From: Bispira polyomma
Taxonomy: Eukaryota
Length of the DNA stretch: 64,000 nucleotides
Reading direction: 5' to 3'
Assembly (NCBI GenBank): GCA_965649765.1
Contig: OZ287759.1
Location: forward strand, 8,184,001-8,248,000
This document shows, piece by piece, positions 36,511 to 49,471 of this stretch. A model generated the notes under the pieces. That model saw only the letters and a list, made by a program, of their open reading frames with translations. It ran no database searches and was not told the DNA's origin. Position numbers and translations under genes: made by a program. How positions within the stretch are numbered: position 1 is the stretch's first letter; every line of letters starts with the position of its first letter.

Positions 36511-39500
36511 ATTTTATTTTTTAGAATAATGGAAAGGTAGAGTCTTTCATCAAGGCTACCTTTGGAGCTTATCTCTTTAATTAGGCCAAAGTGTAATAAT
36601 ATTATCATCACTGTGTGTGTGTGTAAAATTGTAATTTCTTTTTTTATTGATAGCAAGTTTTCGTGAAAATTTATGGCTACACTTAAATAAAAGCTAATCA
36701 AGGATCAGTTATGAGCATTTATTAATATACTGGAAATATATTGAGTTATTTTTGGACAGGAAATTACTATCAGGTTGAAATTAATGGATAGTTGCCTCTT
36801 TAAATCACCGTTGGTATTTTTAGTGACTTTGCTGATAAAACTCCTTAGGCGCTGCCAGTCAGCAAATTTTAGGTACACACATAACATTCTCCAAAATGTG
36901 TGTAGGTTTATAGTTTGATATCACCTCTTATTGAGGTATCGCCCGACATTTCTGTTTTGTCACCAATTTTAATTTAAACTAATTTCACATAAAATTTTGT
37001 AGAAGGATTGGGCATGAACCAAAAAAGTATCCATTTCAATTTTCGAGTGGATCCTTTGTGGGTTTGAATCCTGTCCATTCCTTCGTGTGGCAAAGTTTGA
37101 CCTCACTTCCACCGTTAAATTCCACTATTCAATATGACCATCAGTATATGTTCTTAATCTAAGCTGTTGAAAATGACGTAAACTAAATTTAAACTCGAAT
37201 AGCAGAGAGTTTAACGGTCAAGCAGACTGATTTTGGTATGTAACCCCCGAAGACCTTGATGAATATCCGTATATTCCACTTTCCTTAACTAATTTACTGA
37301 CCATCAACCATATTACAGATAATACAATTGTGTTGAAAGCAAATTTTTAAACCCTTTGAACTAAATTTAAAATCCAATAATATATTATTATGTCCATCCT
37401 TTTCTTTACAGAAGATAAATATGAGATTATATCAAACTATTGAAGGTGGAGAACAGATTGCACCATTGTATGAGACGGACAACATGACATATGGGGACAT
37501 TGAATACATTAGTTTAAATGCCCTCCAATTTACACACAATATTATGTGTATCCTCACTGATGACAGAAAGTGGACACTTAAACTACATCAGAAAAACCAC
37601 ATCGAGGCTAATTTACCCCAGTGATGTAGTAGTATCAAACGGTTCCTCTTTTAATTGTGGGCTACAAAAACGCGTGGCTTAGGCTCCACTGTTTTCAGCT
37701 AGCCTGGAAATATTTACTAATATTCTTACTCTTGGAATAAGAATTTTTTTTTAATTTTAAAATTATCCTATTCTTAGATGAAAGTCGTATTCAAAAGTCC
37801 ATTCTTAGTTAAGATTTGTTTCTTAGAATATGTAATTTTCTCAGCTAAAGAATTGTGCATAGAAATGTGGGAATGCATGTTTTAGAGTGGTCATATGACT
37901 ACTCTTTACAAAACTCTCGTCTGCAAATATAAAAAATAAGATTTTAGTGAATGCCAAAAGTCTTAGATTTTTTTAGGAATCCTTGATTTTCTAGAGAGAT
38001 ATTCCAAGAATAAAAGAAATTTCAAAAAGAGTGAGACTGTTGGGTGAATACAACCGGCACCTGGTTTTATTTACAAGACGCTCTCATTTTCGACTTCTGG
38101 GGCAGTCATTTGCTTATGAATATCGTTCATAGCAGGTTTAAGGAAAAATTGGCAGTAGACTTGCTGAAGCTATTGAGGGTGACGTAAGACACAACTAAAT
38201 TAAAACAACAGCAAATCCACTAGAGTCTTTTTACAAGTCTAAACAAAACCTGAACATCAGTGATAAACTTAAAGTTGTCTTAATGGAGGCCTCTCCACTT
38301 GATCAAATACTTCCGACAGGTCTATACTTTGAAGTTCACCAACTAGGTGACAATTAGGCAATGAATATCACTGCAACAGGGCCCCCGGGGGTGTGGGGAG
38401 GAGTGGGGGTGTGGGGTGCCTTTTTAGACGCACCTGTTCTAAATCTGTGCCTGACGCTGGCCTGTGGGCTGGGGGGGGACAAGCCACTGCAGGTAACAGA
38501 AGGGTTGGTGTAAGGTAGGACAGATTAATCAATCAGAGGCGGTATAGGTAACTCTAGTGAATTGTCTAATGGAGAGGGGCATTTTATTACAGGCTTAAAA
38601 GTGAATATTCAAGTGTTTTCAGCAGTGGGATATTATATTGTAAAACCACTGAAAGTGAACATAAATTGATCGTGTAAATTGGGTGTCAAATTTATTAATA
38701 GAAAGTGGTTGTATATATCTCAATTATTATTAATAAATCAATAAAGTCGCGTGTTTTCTGGTTTGTAGTTGTTTAACTAATAGAATGATTTTTATTAGTA
38801 CAGTACCAATTATGAGATCAGTGAAATAAATCTCATGAATCTTTTTTCTTAAGGAAAGTATAGATGACTAATATTATTATTTAGATTCACAGTAGATATG
38901 GACATGGAATAGGCATACTATCTTCCCCCTTTCTTTCAATGTTTGTCTTTCTAACATATTTGTAATTTTGTTATTAAACCTAAACGAGAATAGATTACTG
39001 AAGATAAAAAAAAGCACTTTCTTTTATTTATTTAGTTGCTTAATTTTAATTGTTCTGACTATTTATTTACCTATGTAAGCAAACTAAATAAGTAACATTC
39101 TAGAAACCTTATCGCAATCAGTGATAATCAAATACTTCCGTATATTTATATGTGAATTTGAGAATTTGAAGCCCTAATCTCACTGTGTTTTTTAAATCAC
39201 TCAAAAGTAAAAGTATTTCATTAATTTTGTTCATGAGTTCTGGTTTCAGCGAAATTCTAAATTGCATACCTGATTGTTTTGTGTGTTGTTTTGTCAATTA
39301 ACTATATGTTTCAAGTGACATTTAAGTCCACATATACAGGGTTGGATATTTATATGTGCAATCTTTTGTTTTTGTAATTTACTATATATTATGATTGTAG
39401 ATGTCACTATAATAAATGGATACCAAAAATCAACTGAATAAAGAACCTGAAGTGCTAATGAGCTTTCACAGTGGACACTAAAACCTGAACTTTGAACAAC

Positions 39501-40703
39501 AACAAAAACCCCATCACTGACCGGAATCGTTAATCAGGCGGTAATATCCTTTGAAGTCTCGGTTCGGCAGACTTCAAAGGAATTCGTTTTTCATTGTAAT
39601 TCATTGCTAAAAATGACTCTGACCTGTTCTAAAAACGAAACAACAGGTTGACTCGCCCTAGGGGTCTGATATGTAGGGGGAGGGGGGGGGGAATCTTACC
39701 TAACCAGTGGATTAACCACACTATTAGGAAGGCCTTAAGGGTAAAATAAATTGTTTGTACCTTCATAGAAGATTCTAGCCAGAGGCTTATAATTCATAGC
39801 AAGGGTGAGTGTGTAATCTGAGAAATTCCCCACTAATCACACTTTACCCATTACAGAGCTGATCTTTTGTTTATAATTGCCTTAAAGCAAATCCCTCTGT
39901 AGTTGAGAAGGTTTTTGTTGGTGATGCTGCTGGTGTTTTGTCATCTGCATATAAAAATGAAAGAAAACAAGAAAAATAAATAAATACTGGGGGTAGGGGG
40001 GGGGGGTAATGACTTAATGAAAGAACAGTGACCTGTGATGTCCATAATGCCATTAGTGACTTGTGTTTTAAGTGAGTAAATATAACTAAATGATCTGTGA
40101 CGTCATTAATGTTATTAGTGATTTGTGTTGTAAAGTGAGTAACCAAATCATAGTGACCAAAAAAGAAATAAAAAACATCAGTATAACAAATCTTTGACAA
40201 ATTCACTGGGAAGCAATAAATATGCTTATGGGATATTTTTGGCACTTAATTTTTTGGAAAAATATTATTTCATTAGAATAGATTAATGAACCACTATAGC
40301 AACAGCGTGTGATTGGTCAGGTTGATGAGAATATTCAGGAATATTTAAAAAAAGAGTGGGGTTTATTTTTGGTTTCATATGTAAACATGCTGATATTAAT
40401 GATTAATTATTTTTTTTGAGAGTTAGTTTAGATGTATAATTTAGTTGTTATTTTAAAAGTATAGTGTGGAATAATATAATACAGAGAAAATGGCATTTTT
40501 TTGTCATTTCAACGAAACAAAATATCTGTCTATTGTCAAAGATACACACATACAAATTTTTAAATGAAAAATATTACTAAGTAGTATTTTTTGGAATTTT
40601 CATTCATTTCGATCCAAGTAGGATTTTCCAAAAATACTTACTTACTTTGTAGATTGAAAAAAAAAACTTACTTAGAATTCAAGTAAACTAACATGCTTAC
40701 TTA

Positions 40704-41400
40704 TGCCATGGTCACATTGGCCTTACATTTCGATTACGCCTGAAAAATGGCTAACCTAAGGTAAAACGTAGTAAACGGAAGTAAAACGGAAGTAAAACGT
40801 AGTAAACGGAAGTAATGGAAGTAAACGTAAAAAAGGTGGTACCTTAAGTTTTGTTATCTCCTGCTTTAAAAAAAAAACATTTTAATTTTTGAACTTTACG
40901 AAATTTTTTTACGCTTTTAGCCGTTTGCTGCAAAAATTTCTAGAAACGGGTGGTGTGTTCGCGGCAAATGTATGAAACGTATTCAATGCGTATTTGACAT
41001 GAAGAGCCTGAGTAAAACGAACTATACCTACACATAATATAAGGGACGAGAAGAACTAGAACGAAACGGGTTTACAAACGTTAAAAACGAGAACGAGACT
41101 GAAACAGGTTTATAAGCGTGACTAACGTAGTTCTAAAACGTGGCTAACAAGGCTTAAACATGGCTAACGAGGCTCACGTATTATTAAAACGTGGCTAACA
41201 AGATAAACATAATTGAAAAAGCTATTAAAACGTATTAAATGTGTGTACAAACATGTACAGATGCGTACTGAATCTGTACAAAATGGCCCATACATTTGAT
41301 TTTTGCTACGTTTCTCCATTTTCCCATAGTTTTTAACTTCGTTTTCTCACGTTTACGAAACAAAAAACGTAACGCGAACGTACTCAGTGTGACCACGGCA
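40704..41400. mobile_element. PIF/Harbinger-type MITE
   Basis: TIRs TGCCATGGTCACATTG / CAGTGTGACCACGGCA; TTA on both flanks (40701-40703, 41401-41403); internal GTAAA(A)CG repeats. Confidence 0.8.
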
Positions 41401-42544
41401 TTAGGGTGCCAAAGTACATATTTAAACAAAGAGTTAAAGCAGCGAAAATGGAGATTTACTGGGGACAACAAAGTTTTAAAAAACATATCTTTCCATACCA
41501 GGAGATAACAGTCTAAAGTACAGGTATTTGACTTACTTGGATTATAATAACAAATGTTGTATAAGCGGATTTTCGAGAATACTTAATCTAAGTAAAATAA
41601 AAACAAAAACATCACACTTACTTTCCAAAGTCAGTAAAGTAAGTCCAACATTCACTCGTTGGAAAACCCCACCTCGAAACTTGTTCCATATAACTCATAA
41701 TTTGACAACTAAAAATAGCTAAATGTTTGTAAGATTACTGTGAACATAACGTACACATCTAGAACACTTACACAGAACTGTTGAAAAACGACAGGCAGAC
41801 ATTTCCCAATTCAAATTCATGTTTTCATTCTTGTTTTCTAACAATCAATAATCAGTCCAGTCAATGTGCTTCAAGCTTCTAAAACTACTATATATTTTTT
41901 TAACATTTCATTTATGAAAATTACTAATAATGACACAATGAATCCAAACTGAAAATCTGACAGAAATATGTTAAAAGTGACGTCAAAGCAAAAATAGGCG
42001 CCACGATTGACCTATTTGTTAGAAGTGCATGCTCATTTTTAATTTCATTTATTTTTATTATAGTGACATGTATTATTTATACTGTTACAATAAGAAAAAA
42101 AAACATATAGGAAAAATACCCACTCTATTGGGCTTATAAGTCACTTTGAAAGGTACTAACATGATTGGTGCAATTGGTAATGTGCAATTAGATGAGCCAA
42201 AAAAATAAATAAAAAGAGAATTAAATTAAATTAATTAAGAGAATTAACAGAAAAATACCTTTGTTGACAAATACACACATGTAAAAACTATAATAAAATA
42301 TATTAAACATTTAACATTCAGGAATTAAACCATATTACGTCTCAGTTACGTCTTCGTATCCATATTGCTTCAATATATTTGGCAAGATATTTTATATCAG
42401 ATTTCACAACAACAATAAATTTTTCATTTAAGTTCAGGCAATCAAAATTAATATATAAATTTCTTAGATTTTCAAAAAAAAATTATTTCTTTCTGCATTA
42501 TATGCTGCACAGCAACAAAGAAAATGCCTGCATCATAATCAATG

Positions 42545-42752
42545 TTCTAATCTAATCTAATCTAATCGTACTTTTATAGCGCTTAATCTTTGTACAACAA
42601 ATTCTAAGGCGCAACTAACCTAAGCATTAATCAAAAAAATCAGAAATGGGGGACGGATGGTGGTCATAACCAGAGAGACTACCGGGATGGTTGCCATGGC
42701 TAAGGTGGAAAGGCCTGTTCGAAAAGGTAGGCCTTCAGTTTACTCCTAAAAT
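42545..42752 (-). mobile_element. L2 3' end with (TTAGA)n tail
   Basis: Minus strand encodes FRSKLKAYLFEQAFPP followed by the L2-like UTR and microsatellite tail. Confidence 0.7.
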
Positions 42753-45700
42753 GTTGGTGTGAAATCCCTTTTTGTTCCTTTTTTGTGGGAAAGTTTGTCA
42801 AGGGCTTATCACAGTTTATTCCACAATGAAATCTGGCTGTCGTGACCTGAGCTGTCGAAAGCAAATGTAAATTCAACTAAAATTCAACAGGTGTAAGTGT
42901 GATGGTATAAAATGCATTAGGCCACATCTAAAATGGTCCTATTATTGCTCTTGTCTTGACAATTTTTTTTTTTCACTTCTATACAAACCCGGCCAAAAAT
43001 AGGAGTCGATCCAAGCTAAAACAATCGAATTAAAAAACAAGAGTTTGTCTTTTTTTAAAAGACATAGGTGCACAGTGTTAAATACACTGACGTAGATATA
43101 TGCCCATTATACATACTTAATTTTCTAAGATGGCGGTGACCTCTTGCCACAACTCCTTTGCTTCAAAAATTGCACTGACTGCCAATTGAGTTCCATATGA
43201 TATTCAAAGTAAAAATAGCCTCAAGACTGTCCACGTGCAGAAAGCCAGCCTACTTATCAACTATCACCTTAGCACTGGTTGGCGGTGACCTTTTGGGCGT
43301 GAAAACAATAATACAAAAAAAATCACATAATCCAATTTGGATATCTCGGTGTGAGCCTTAAACAGGCTAGCAGTCCAGGGACCCAGTGATACACACAAAA
43401 GCCTAGATTAGCCATGCAGGTCAGAGTTCTACAATACACCAGGGAGTTTACTGTACAGAATCAAATCATGGTAATCACTGTCTCTTTAGACCACCTATTA
43501 GCATAATCTCATGGAAAATGATTCAGATTTGTATAAATTGCAGTAAACAGGTGCAAAAAAAATTGCTGTGAAAAGGTTGACTTTTTATTTATTTTAAACC
43601 CTACAAAAATGGAAGTATATAGGAAGGAGTCATATATTCCACTTTGACCCAAGACTTTCTCAGAGGTCTTAATATTTGAACAACAGTAATTCAGTAAATT
43701 ATTCTCTCGGAAAATTTAGTCTATAAAATGTAAGATATTGAAAATAATAATAATTCACTAAGGAAACTTTGGTAAGGGGTGTTTACAAATGTCAGTTACA
43801 GCTTAAAAAATGTTCAAAAGTATTTAACAATAATACCCCAACAATAGCTAGAAGGAAACTCACTAGAGTGCATTCTTCCGCCCAGGGTACCGCAGTGCCC
43901 GAAAGCGAAAAAGAAAATACATGTACTAGGACCTATCAGAAGAAAAATCAACCTCAGATTATTAATGCCAGTGAGATATATCTGTAAATCCATGAATATG
44001 ACAATCACATGTACTTGAGACCCGTCCTTTTAATAGAGGTTTTAGCACTAAACTTGAGTCAATGCAGTGAGATTTCACCTGTCTTTATGCTCAAACCCCG
44101 ATAAATTTGTACCTGAGATTTTACCTTACAGTCCCTGGATGTACAGTTTATTATTTTTTGTTATGTCATCTAGGGATCAGATGAAGACCAAATCAAATTT
44201 AGGACAAAAAAATTGAACTTTTTTCGGATCAACTCAGGTTTGGTATATAGTTAACAGTTAATCTGATTTATTTTTAGATTGAATTACTGATTAACTTTGG
44301 TCAAACCAATTTGATGAATTAAAATTTGGATCAGGTAGGATCAAATATAGGTGACAGTGGATGTTTTCAGGAAACTAAAAAAATATATAAAGTTAAATAA
44401 ACATAAAATAAACTTAATTTTAATAAAATATCTCAAATCTAAAGTTTTTATATAAACACAGAGCCAAATTTTGTAAATTGGCATTTTTTGTTACTTTTGT
44501 TAGTTTTATTCAGATATTTAAACAACTGAAAGGTGAATAATACCCATTGACAAACTTGAATTTCAAATTTTACAACTCAAACTTCCACTACAGTTGAATA
44601 GTTGAAACCTAACTTAAATTAAAAGTAAAATTCTTATATAATATTAATAAAACTTTGGTAATTGTTTGCACTTCAGAGTAGAATTTATAAATTTCCCCCA
44701 TTAAACAAGCAGACATCCAATTACCCAGTTAGCACTGCTATGACCTTCAATTTACAGCTTTTAACTGCATTGTTTAACATCAAGAGCCTTTCACGCCCAG
44801 GAAGAAAAGAGGAGGAGGGATGCGCGCGCAGACACACAGTTATACGCACCAACATAAAGGCCAGGGAGAAGGGTTGGTGGGGGTGGGGGGGGGGGGGGGG
44901 TTAAATCCCCTCCGGAAAATTGCTGGCTCCAATTGACGGTCATTCTTCTATTCTGGTTTTTTTGTTGTTTTTTTTTTGTCGCTGTTTTCAGCCGTAGATT
45001 AAGAGATGGGAAGTTGATGAATATTCATCAAGTGCAAAGAATCAAAGGGCTGATTTTCAGGGAGAGGGCGGGATAGGGGGGGGGGGGGTACATTTGGGGG
45101 AGGGAGGGGGCCGAGGGATGATCTGTTAATGACCAGCTCCCTACTACACGGCCACCTGTCCCCGAAAAACCTCTTCTTTTGAAAATAGTGTGATTAAATT
45201 TCCCTTGAAGTTGTCCCCCCACAAAAAACGCGGGGGGGGGGGGGGGCATAAATGGGGAAGGGGGATTCTGGAAGAAAATCAACAGTGTGAAAAAGTAAGC
45301 TTGTAAAAAAATTATTGCACGAGATCAACCTCAATGTATGTATATACCGAGTTTAAGTCAAGATTTTGAAATATGTATTGTGACTTAAGTGAATGCTTTA
45401 AATATGTTTGTATCTCAAGGACCAAAAACATGGCAGTATTTTAATTAACAGTCTTAACTTATTTTTTTAGACATTAAGTTTAACCCAATATTTATATATC
45501 CAGATTAAGTCTAACATTAATACTGTTTTTGTTGGTGATCATTTAAATATAAAAGACAAAACAAATGGCAGTTGTAAAGAAGTATTTTATTGACAGTGTG
45601 AAAAAATTGTGTCTGTTCGTAGAAACAAAAAAAAATTGTGTCTTATTTTTTTTTCGACGATATTAACTTTAACCTTTATATATTAATATATATACATAGA

Positions 45701-46394
45701 TCAACCCCAACCTTGCCACTTTTAAGTATTGCCCTTTTTAAATATATATTTCAAATATTATTTATGTCTCAAGTAGCAAAAAAATGCAGTTCTAATGAAA
45801 AAATATTTTATCAGTTGATATTTTTCAAACCTTAAAAAATAGGGAGTAATTTATTTAATACTGTGAATACCCCCAAGTTATATTATTGTTGTGGTAAAAT
45901 TTTAACTCAAATCTATTTTTATATACTTTTTTTATTCTGTGTTATTATATATTCCTGTTATTATGAATTGTTGTGCTTTATTTATCTGCAACACACATAC
46001 TGGTTCTTTTGTTTTATGTTAAAATTGACTACTAAGCCCGATGGACTGGGTACTGAAATGTTATTGTATATATTTATTGTATTTTATGTACTTGGTCACC
46101 TTAATACAAAAATATCTATCTCCATCTGAATAATAATTCATTCACAGCAACATTTTTAATGCTCTGTCATTCACCCACCCCACCCCACCCCCTTATTCCC
46201 CTGGGGTAGGGGTACAAAGGGTGGGTAAAAAAACTCCCCAGTCAAGTTCTTGCATTGACCATTGTCGTGTGTGTGTGTGTAATTCAAATACAAGAGGATC
46301 TCATCCACTTGTCATACAAACTATAATGTGTCTGTCCTAAGGACATACAAGAGTTGTCTTTTTTTAAAAGACACCGGCGCCACACAGTGTGAAA

Positions 46395-46690
46395 TATCTA
46401 ATCTAATCAAACTTTCATAGCACTTAATCTACATTAAGGTGGATTCTAAGGCGCATCTATTATGATCGTATTCAAGTCTTGTAAAATCCTTTTCCAGAAG
46501 GTCGTCGTATCCTAGGAGACACCAGAATGAATATGTAACTATGAAGGGAATGCCCTTGGCAAACAAGGATGTCTTGAGATTGCTTCTAAAAGATAACAAG
46601 GTAAGAGCGGCACAAATTTCTAGTGGAAGACTGTTCCATATTTTTGGTGCATTGTAGGAGAAACTGTGATCACTGAAATACACAGCTGTT
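46395..46690 (-). mobile_element. L2 3' end
   Basis: DHSFSYNAPKIWNSLPLEI...FRSNLKTSLF; same family as 60165-60415. Confidence 0.75.
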
Positions 46691-46937
46691 GTTATGGGCA
46701 CTATATAAACTCAGCCAAATCCTACATCTCTCTCCGCTTCGCCTGATAAAAATAATAACTATTTGACACCCCTTAGTGTTAGATCAGTTAATTGCTTCCA
46801 ACCAATCTCTGATAAAGTCTTACATATTACTTCTACGATGGCAATGCTCTTTACGGAATAAAAAAAACCAAATATCAGGCTATGCCTGATAAAAAGTGTC
46901 TTCATTTTGTGGACAGTGTTTTTTTGTTTTTTTTTTT

Positions 46938-46969
<32 letters not shown>

Positions 46970-47474
46970 GGGGGGTTACAAAGTCACTTGTTTATGAATA
47001 ATATTTCAGATCAAAGAATTTTTTTTAGAAAAGTTTAAAAATACTGGTATATTTGGGTTGGAGGTTTTTGGATCGAGTTTACTGGCTGTATACAAATTTA
47101 CCAAAAGAAATAGATTGTGCTTTAGAAATACAAAGACAGATTTAAATATCTCCAACAATGTTAATGTTAAAAAAGCACCATGCCTTTTTTCAATATTTTC
47201 TCAAAACGGACCATGTTTTTTTCCACCTGCCCTTTTTCCACCTTGTTTTATTTTTACCTGCATTTTTTCGACCATACCTTTTTCCACCATGCCTTTTTTC
47301 TTGGATTTGTCAAGACACATATCTTTTTTGTGAATACCAGTGCTGCTCTCCTGTGGCTGTATTGACAAAAAAGTCTCCTGCTATTGTTAAGGGCCATGTT
47401 TGTTCGATGTATGTTCAAAACTACCACATTGGTCCACAAGTCTTTCAATACAGGCCTCCCAAAAATACCTTGGC

Positions 47475-47705
47475 TCATATCTCACTCTTTACTCTTAGCA
47501 AGTCAATACCCACCGTTGTAATCCTCACAAATTGTTCCTCAATGTTCCTACTTTTGATCGTCGCAGACACAAATTAAAAGTCAATTTATGAAAAGTGCAT
47601 TATAGTTCCTCATATGCTAAACCTAAGTTATGGAATGGCCTACCACAAGAAATTAGATGCTTACCTTTTATTTCAAACTTCAGAAGCAAGCTCCAGACCT
47701 ATCTG
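47475..47705 (+). mobile_element. L2 3' fragment interrupted by the foldback element
   Basis: SYAKPKLWNGLPQEIRCLPFISNFRSKLQTYL, cut off at the start of the next element. Confidence 0.65.
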
Positions 47706-47709
47706 GGGA

Positions 47710-48432
47710 ATATAGTTAGGTGGTTTCTAAAACTCGGAGCTCCGTACGGAGCTTGGGAGGTAGCTTTAAAATCGCCTAAATCTTGGGAGGTACTTTAAAA
47801 TTACCTAAATCCTGGGAGGTAGCTTGAAAATCGCCCAAATCTTGGGAGATAATTTAAAATTTATAAGGAATTAATTTCATAATTAATAATTAATTTCACA
47901 ATTAATTTTTTAATTAACTTTTATAAGGAATTAATTTTGTATAAATGTATAATTATATGCGTTCCACTAAATAACCATTGTATTGGGTGTATTGTTATAT
48001 TTATTCTTCATCCCATTTGTGGATTATAATATATAGTCTAGGATTTAATTTTGTATTTATATATTCTTATATGTAGTATTATATTTACTCTTCATCCAAT
48101 ATGCCTGAATGAAGAATAAAATACGACAATAAATTAGAGAGTTTATTATATGGTACCTTATTTTATTTAATATAGATGATTTTCAAGCTAACTCCTAAGA
48201 TAGAGCCAATTTTAGAGCAACCTCCCAAGATTTAGGCGATTTTAGAGTTAACACCCAAGATTTAGGCGATTTTCAAGCTACCTCCGTAGATTCAGGCGAT
48301 TTTAGAGCCACCTCCCAAGATTTAGATGATTTTGGGCGATTTTTTTAACCCTGTATAAAGTGCATTAGGCAATTTTAGGCGATTTCTCCGTCACGGAGGC
48401 GATTGCCTCCGAGTTTTAATATTAACCATATA
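47710..48432. mobile_element. Foldback-type DNA element with inverted arrays of a 30-bp sub-terminal repeat
   Basis: TAAAACTCGGAG (47728-47739) / CTCCGAGTTTTA (48407-48418). Left-arm repeats CTTGGGAGGTAGCTTTAAAATCGCCTAAAT; right arm is the reverse complement; AT-rich centre. Confidence 0.8.
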
Positions 48433-48479
48433 GTCACTAAATAAATAAACATACATAAGTATCAAATATAATATTATAT

Positions 48480-48935
48480 ATCAGACTTTTTTAGTGCTTA
48501 TTTTCGTTGTAACGAATTCTAAGGAGCAAAAAAACCACAGCCAGAGTCGAAAAACATAGGTGATAGACAGAAGGAAGTTGTCATCAATGCGTCCACCGAG
48601 AGTGGGAAAGAGACTATGGAGGGAATGCATCATTGAACAGATAGGTCTTTAAACTGCGCCGGAAGGAATACAGGGATGTAGCTGTCCTAATGTGTTGAGG
48701 CAAACTATTCCTTAGGGTAGGGGCATCATTTGCAAAACTTTTATCAAAGTGAACCTTTGACCTGTGTACTTTGGACTTAAATTTTGGAACAAAAAGGAAT
48801 CTATTTTTGGGAGTGGCTCTCCTGGTGTTGACATTGCACTTGTAGTAACTCAAGTGTGGTTCAAAGTATTTAGGCAAACCTGAATTGAGAAACTTATATA
48901 CTATTGTAGCAGTTTTAAAAACACACCCATACCTG
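48480..48935 (-). mobile_element. L2 ORF2 3' fragment
   Basis: VFKTATIVYKFLNSGLPKYF...SFANDAPTLRNSLPQHIRTATSLYSFRRSLKTYLFNDAFPP. Confidence 0.85.
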
Positions 48936-49312
48936 TGAAAAATATGGAAACGTTGTACTGAATAAAAATAGGCTTGAAAGCAAAGAAATTTTAGATGTTT
49001 TTTTTTCTTTTGAACACTGGCATTTTGTCCGCACACAAAAGACACTCATATGAGGTGACTTTTTTTTGCAAAAATGGCTTCATTTTGCTCTGAAACGCCT
49101 ATATTCTGGCTATTAGGTCCACACGGTTCTTTTGTAATTTTTATATTTTTCATGGTTGTGCAACACTTTGAGCTACACAGATAAGCGCTATATAAGTAAT
49201 CATATAATAATCATAATACTAGTAGTCTTTTCATAATCTCGGAGCCCCGTAAAATAAATAGTACGGATTGTGGTACCCCAACAACATTTTAGCATGCACC
49301 TGCAAAACAAAA

Positions 49313-49471
49313 ATGGCGATGGAAAATGGACAAATGTCGTCTCCACCACCTCACAGCAGTGAAAGTGGCAAATTAACACACTTGCAGAGGGTAGCACAAA
49401 AGAAACAACAAGTAAAAAGTTTACCCCGGACGAAAAAACTGGAGAAGTTGGCTGTGTATTCGTCTTGTAAG
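49313..49471 (+). CDS. KAT2A: KAT2 (GCN5/PCAF) histone acetyltransferase, coding exon 1
   Basis: MAMENGQ...QKKQQVKSLPRTKKLEKLAVYSSCK matches the PCAF KKLEKLGVYSACK motif; AAAATGGCG start context; AAG|GTATGA donor, phase 0. Confidence 0.9.

Noticed and set aside
37397-37624. Acceptor-like TTTTTCTTTACAG followed by a 67-aa ORF
   Set aside because: No recognisable homology and no partner exons; it could be a lncRNA exon but this is unsupported without RNA data.
41978-41985. Full CRE palindrome TGACGTCA
   Set aside because: Sits within what looks like a decayed SINE tail (GAAATATGTTAAAAGTGACGTCAAA), so it is likely incidental.
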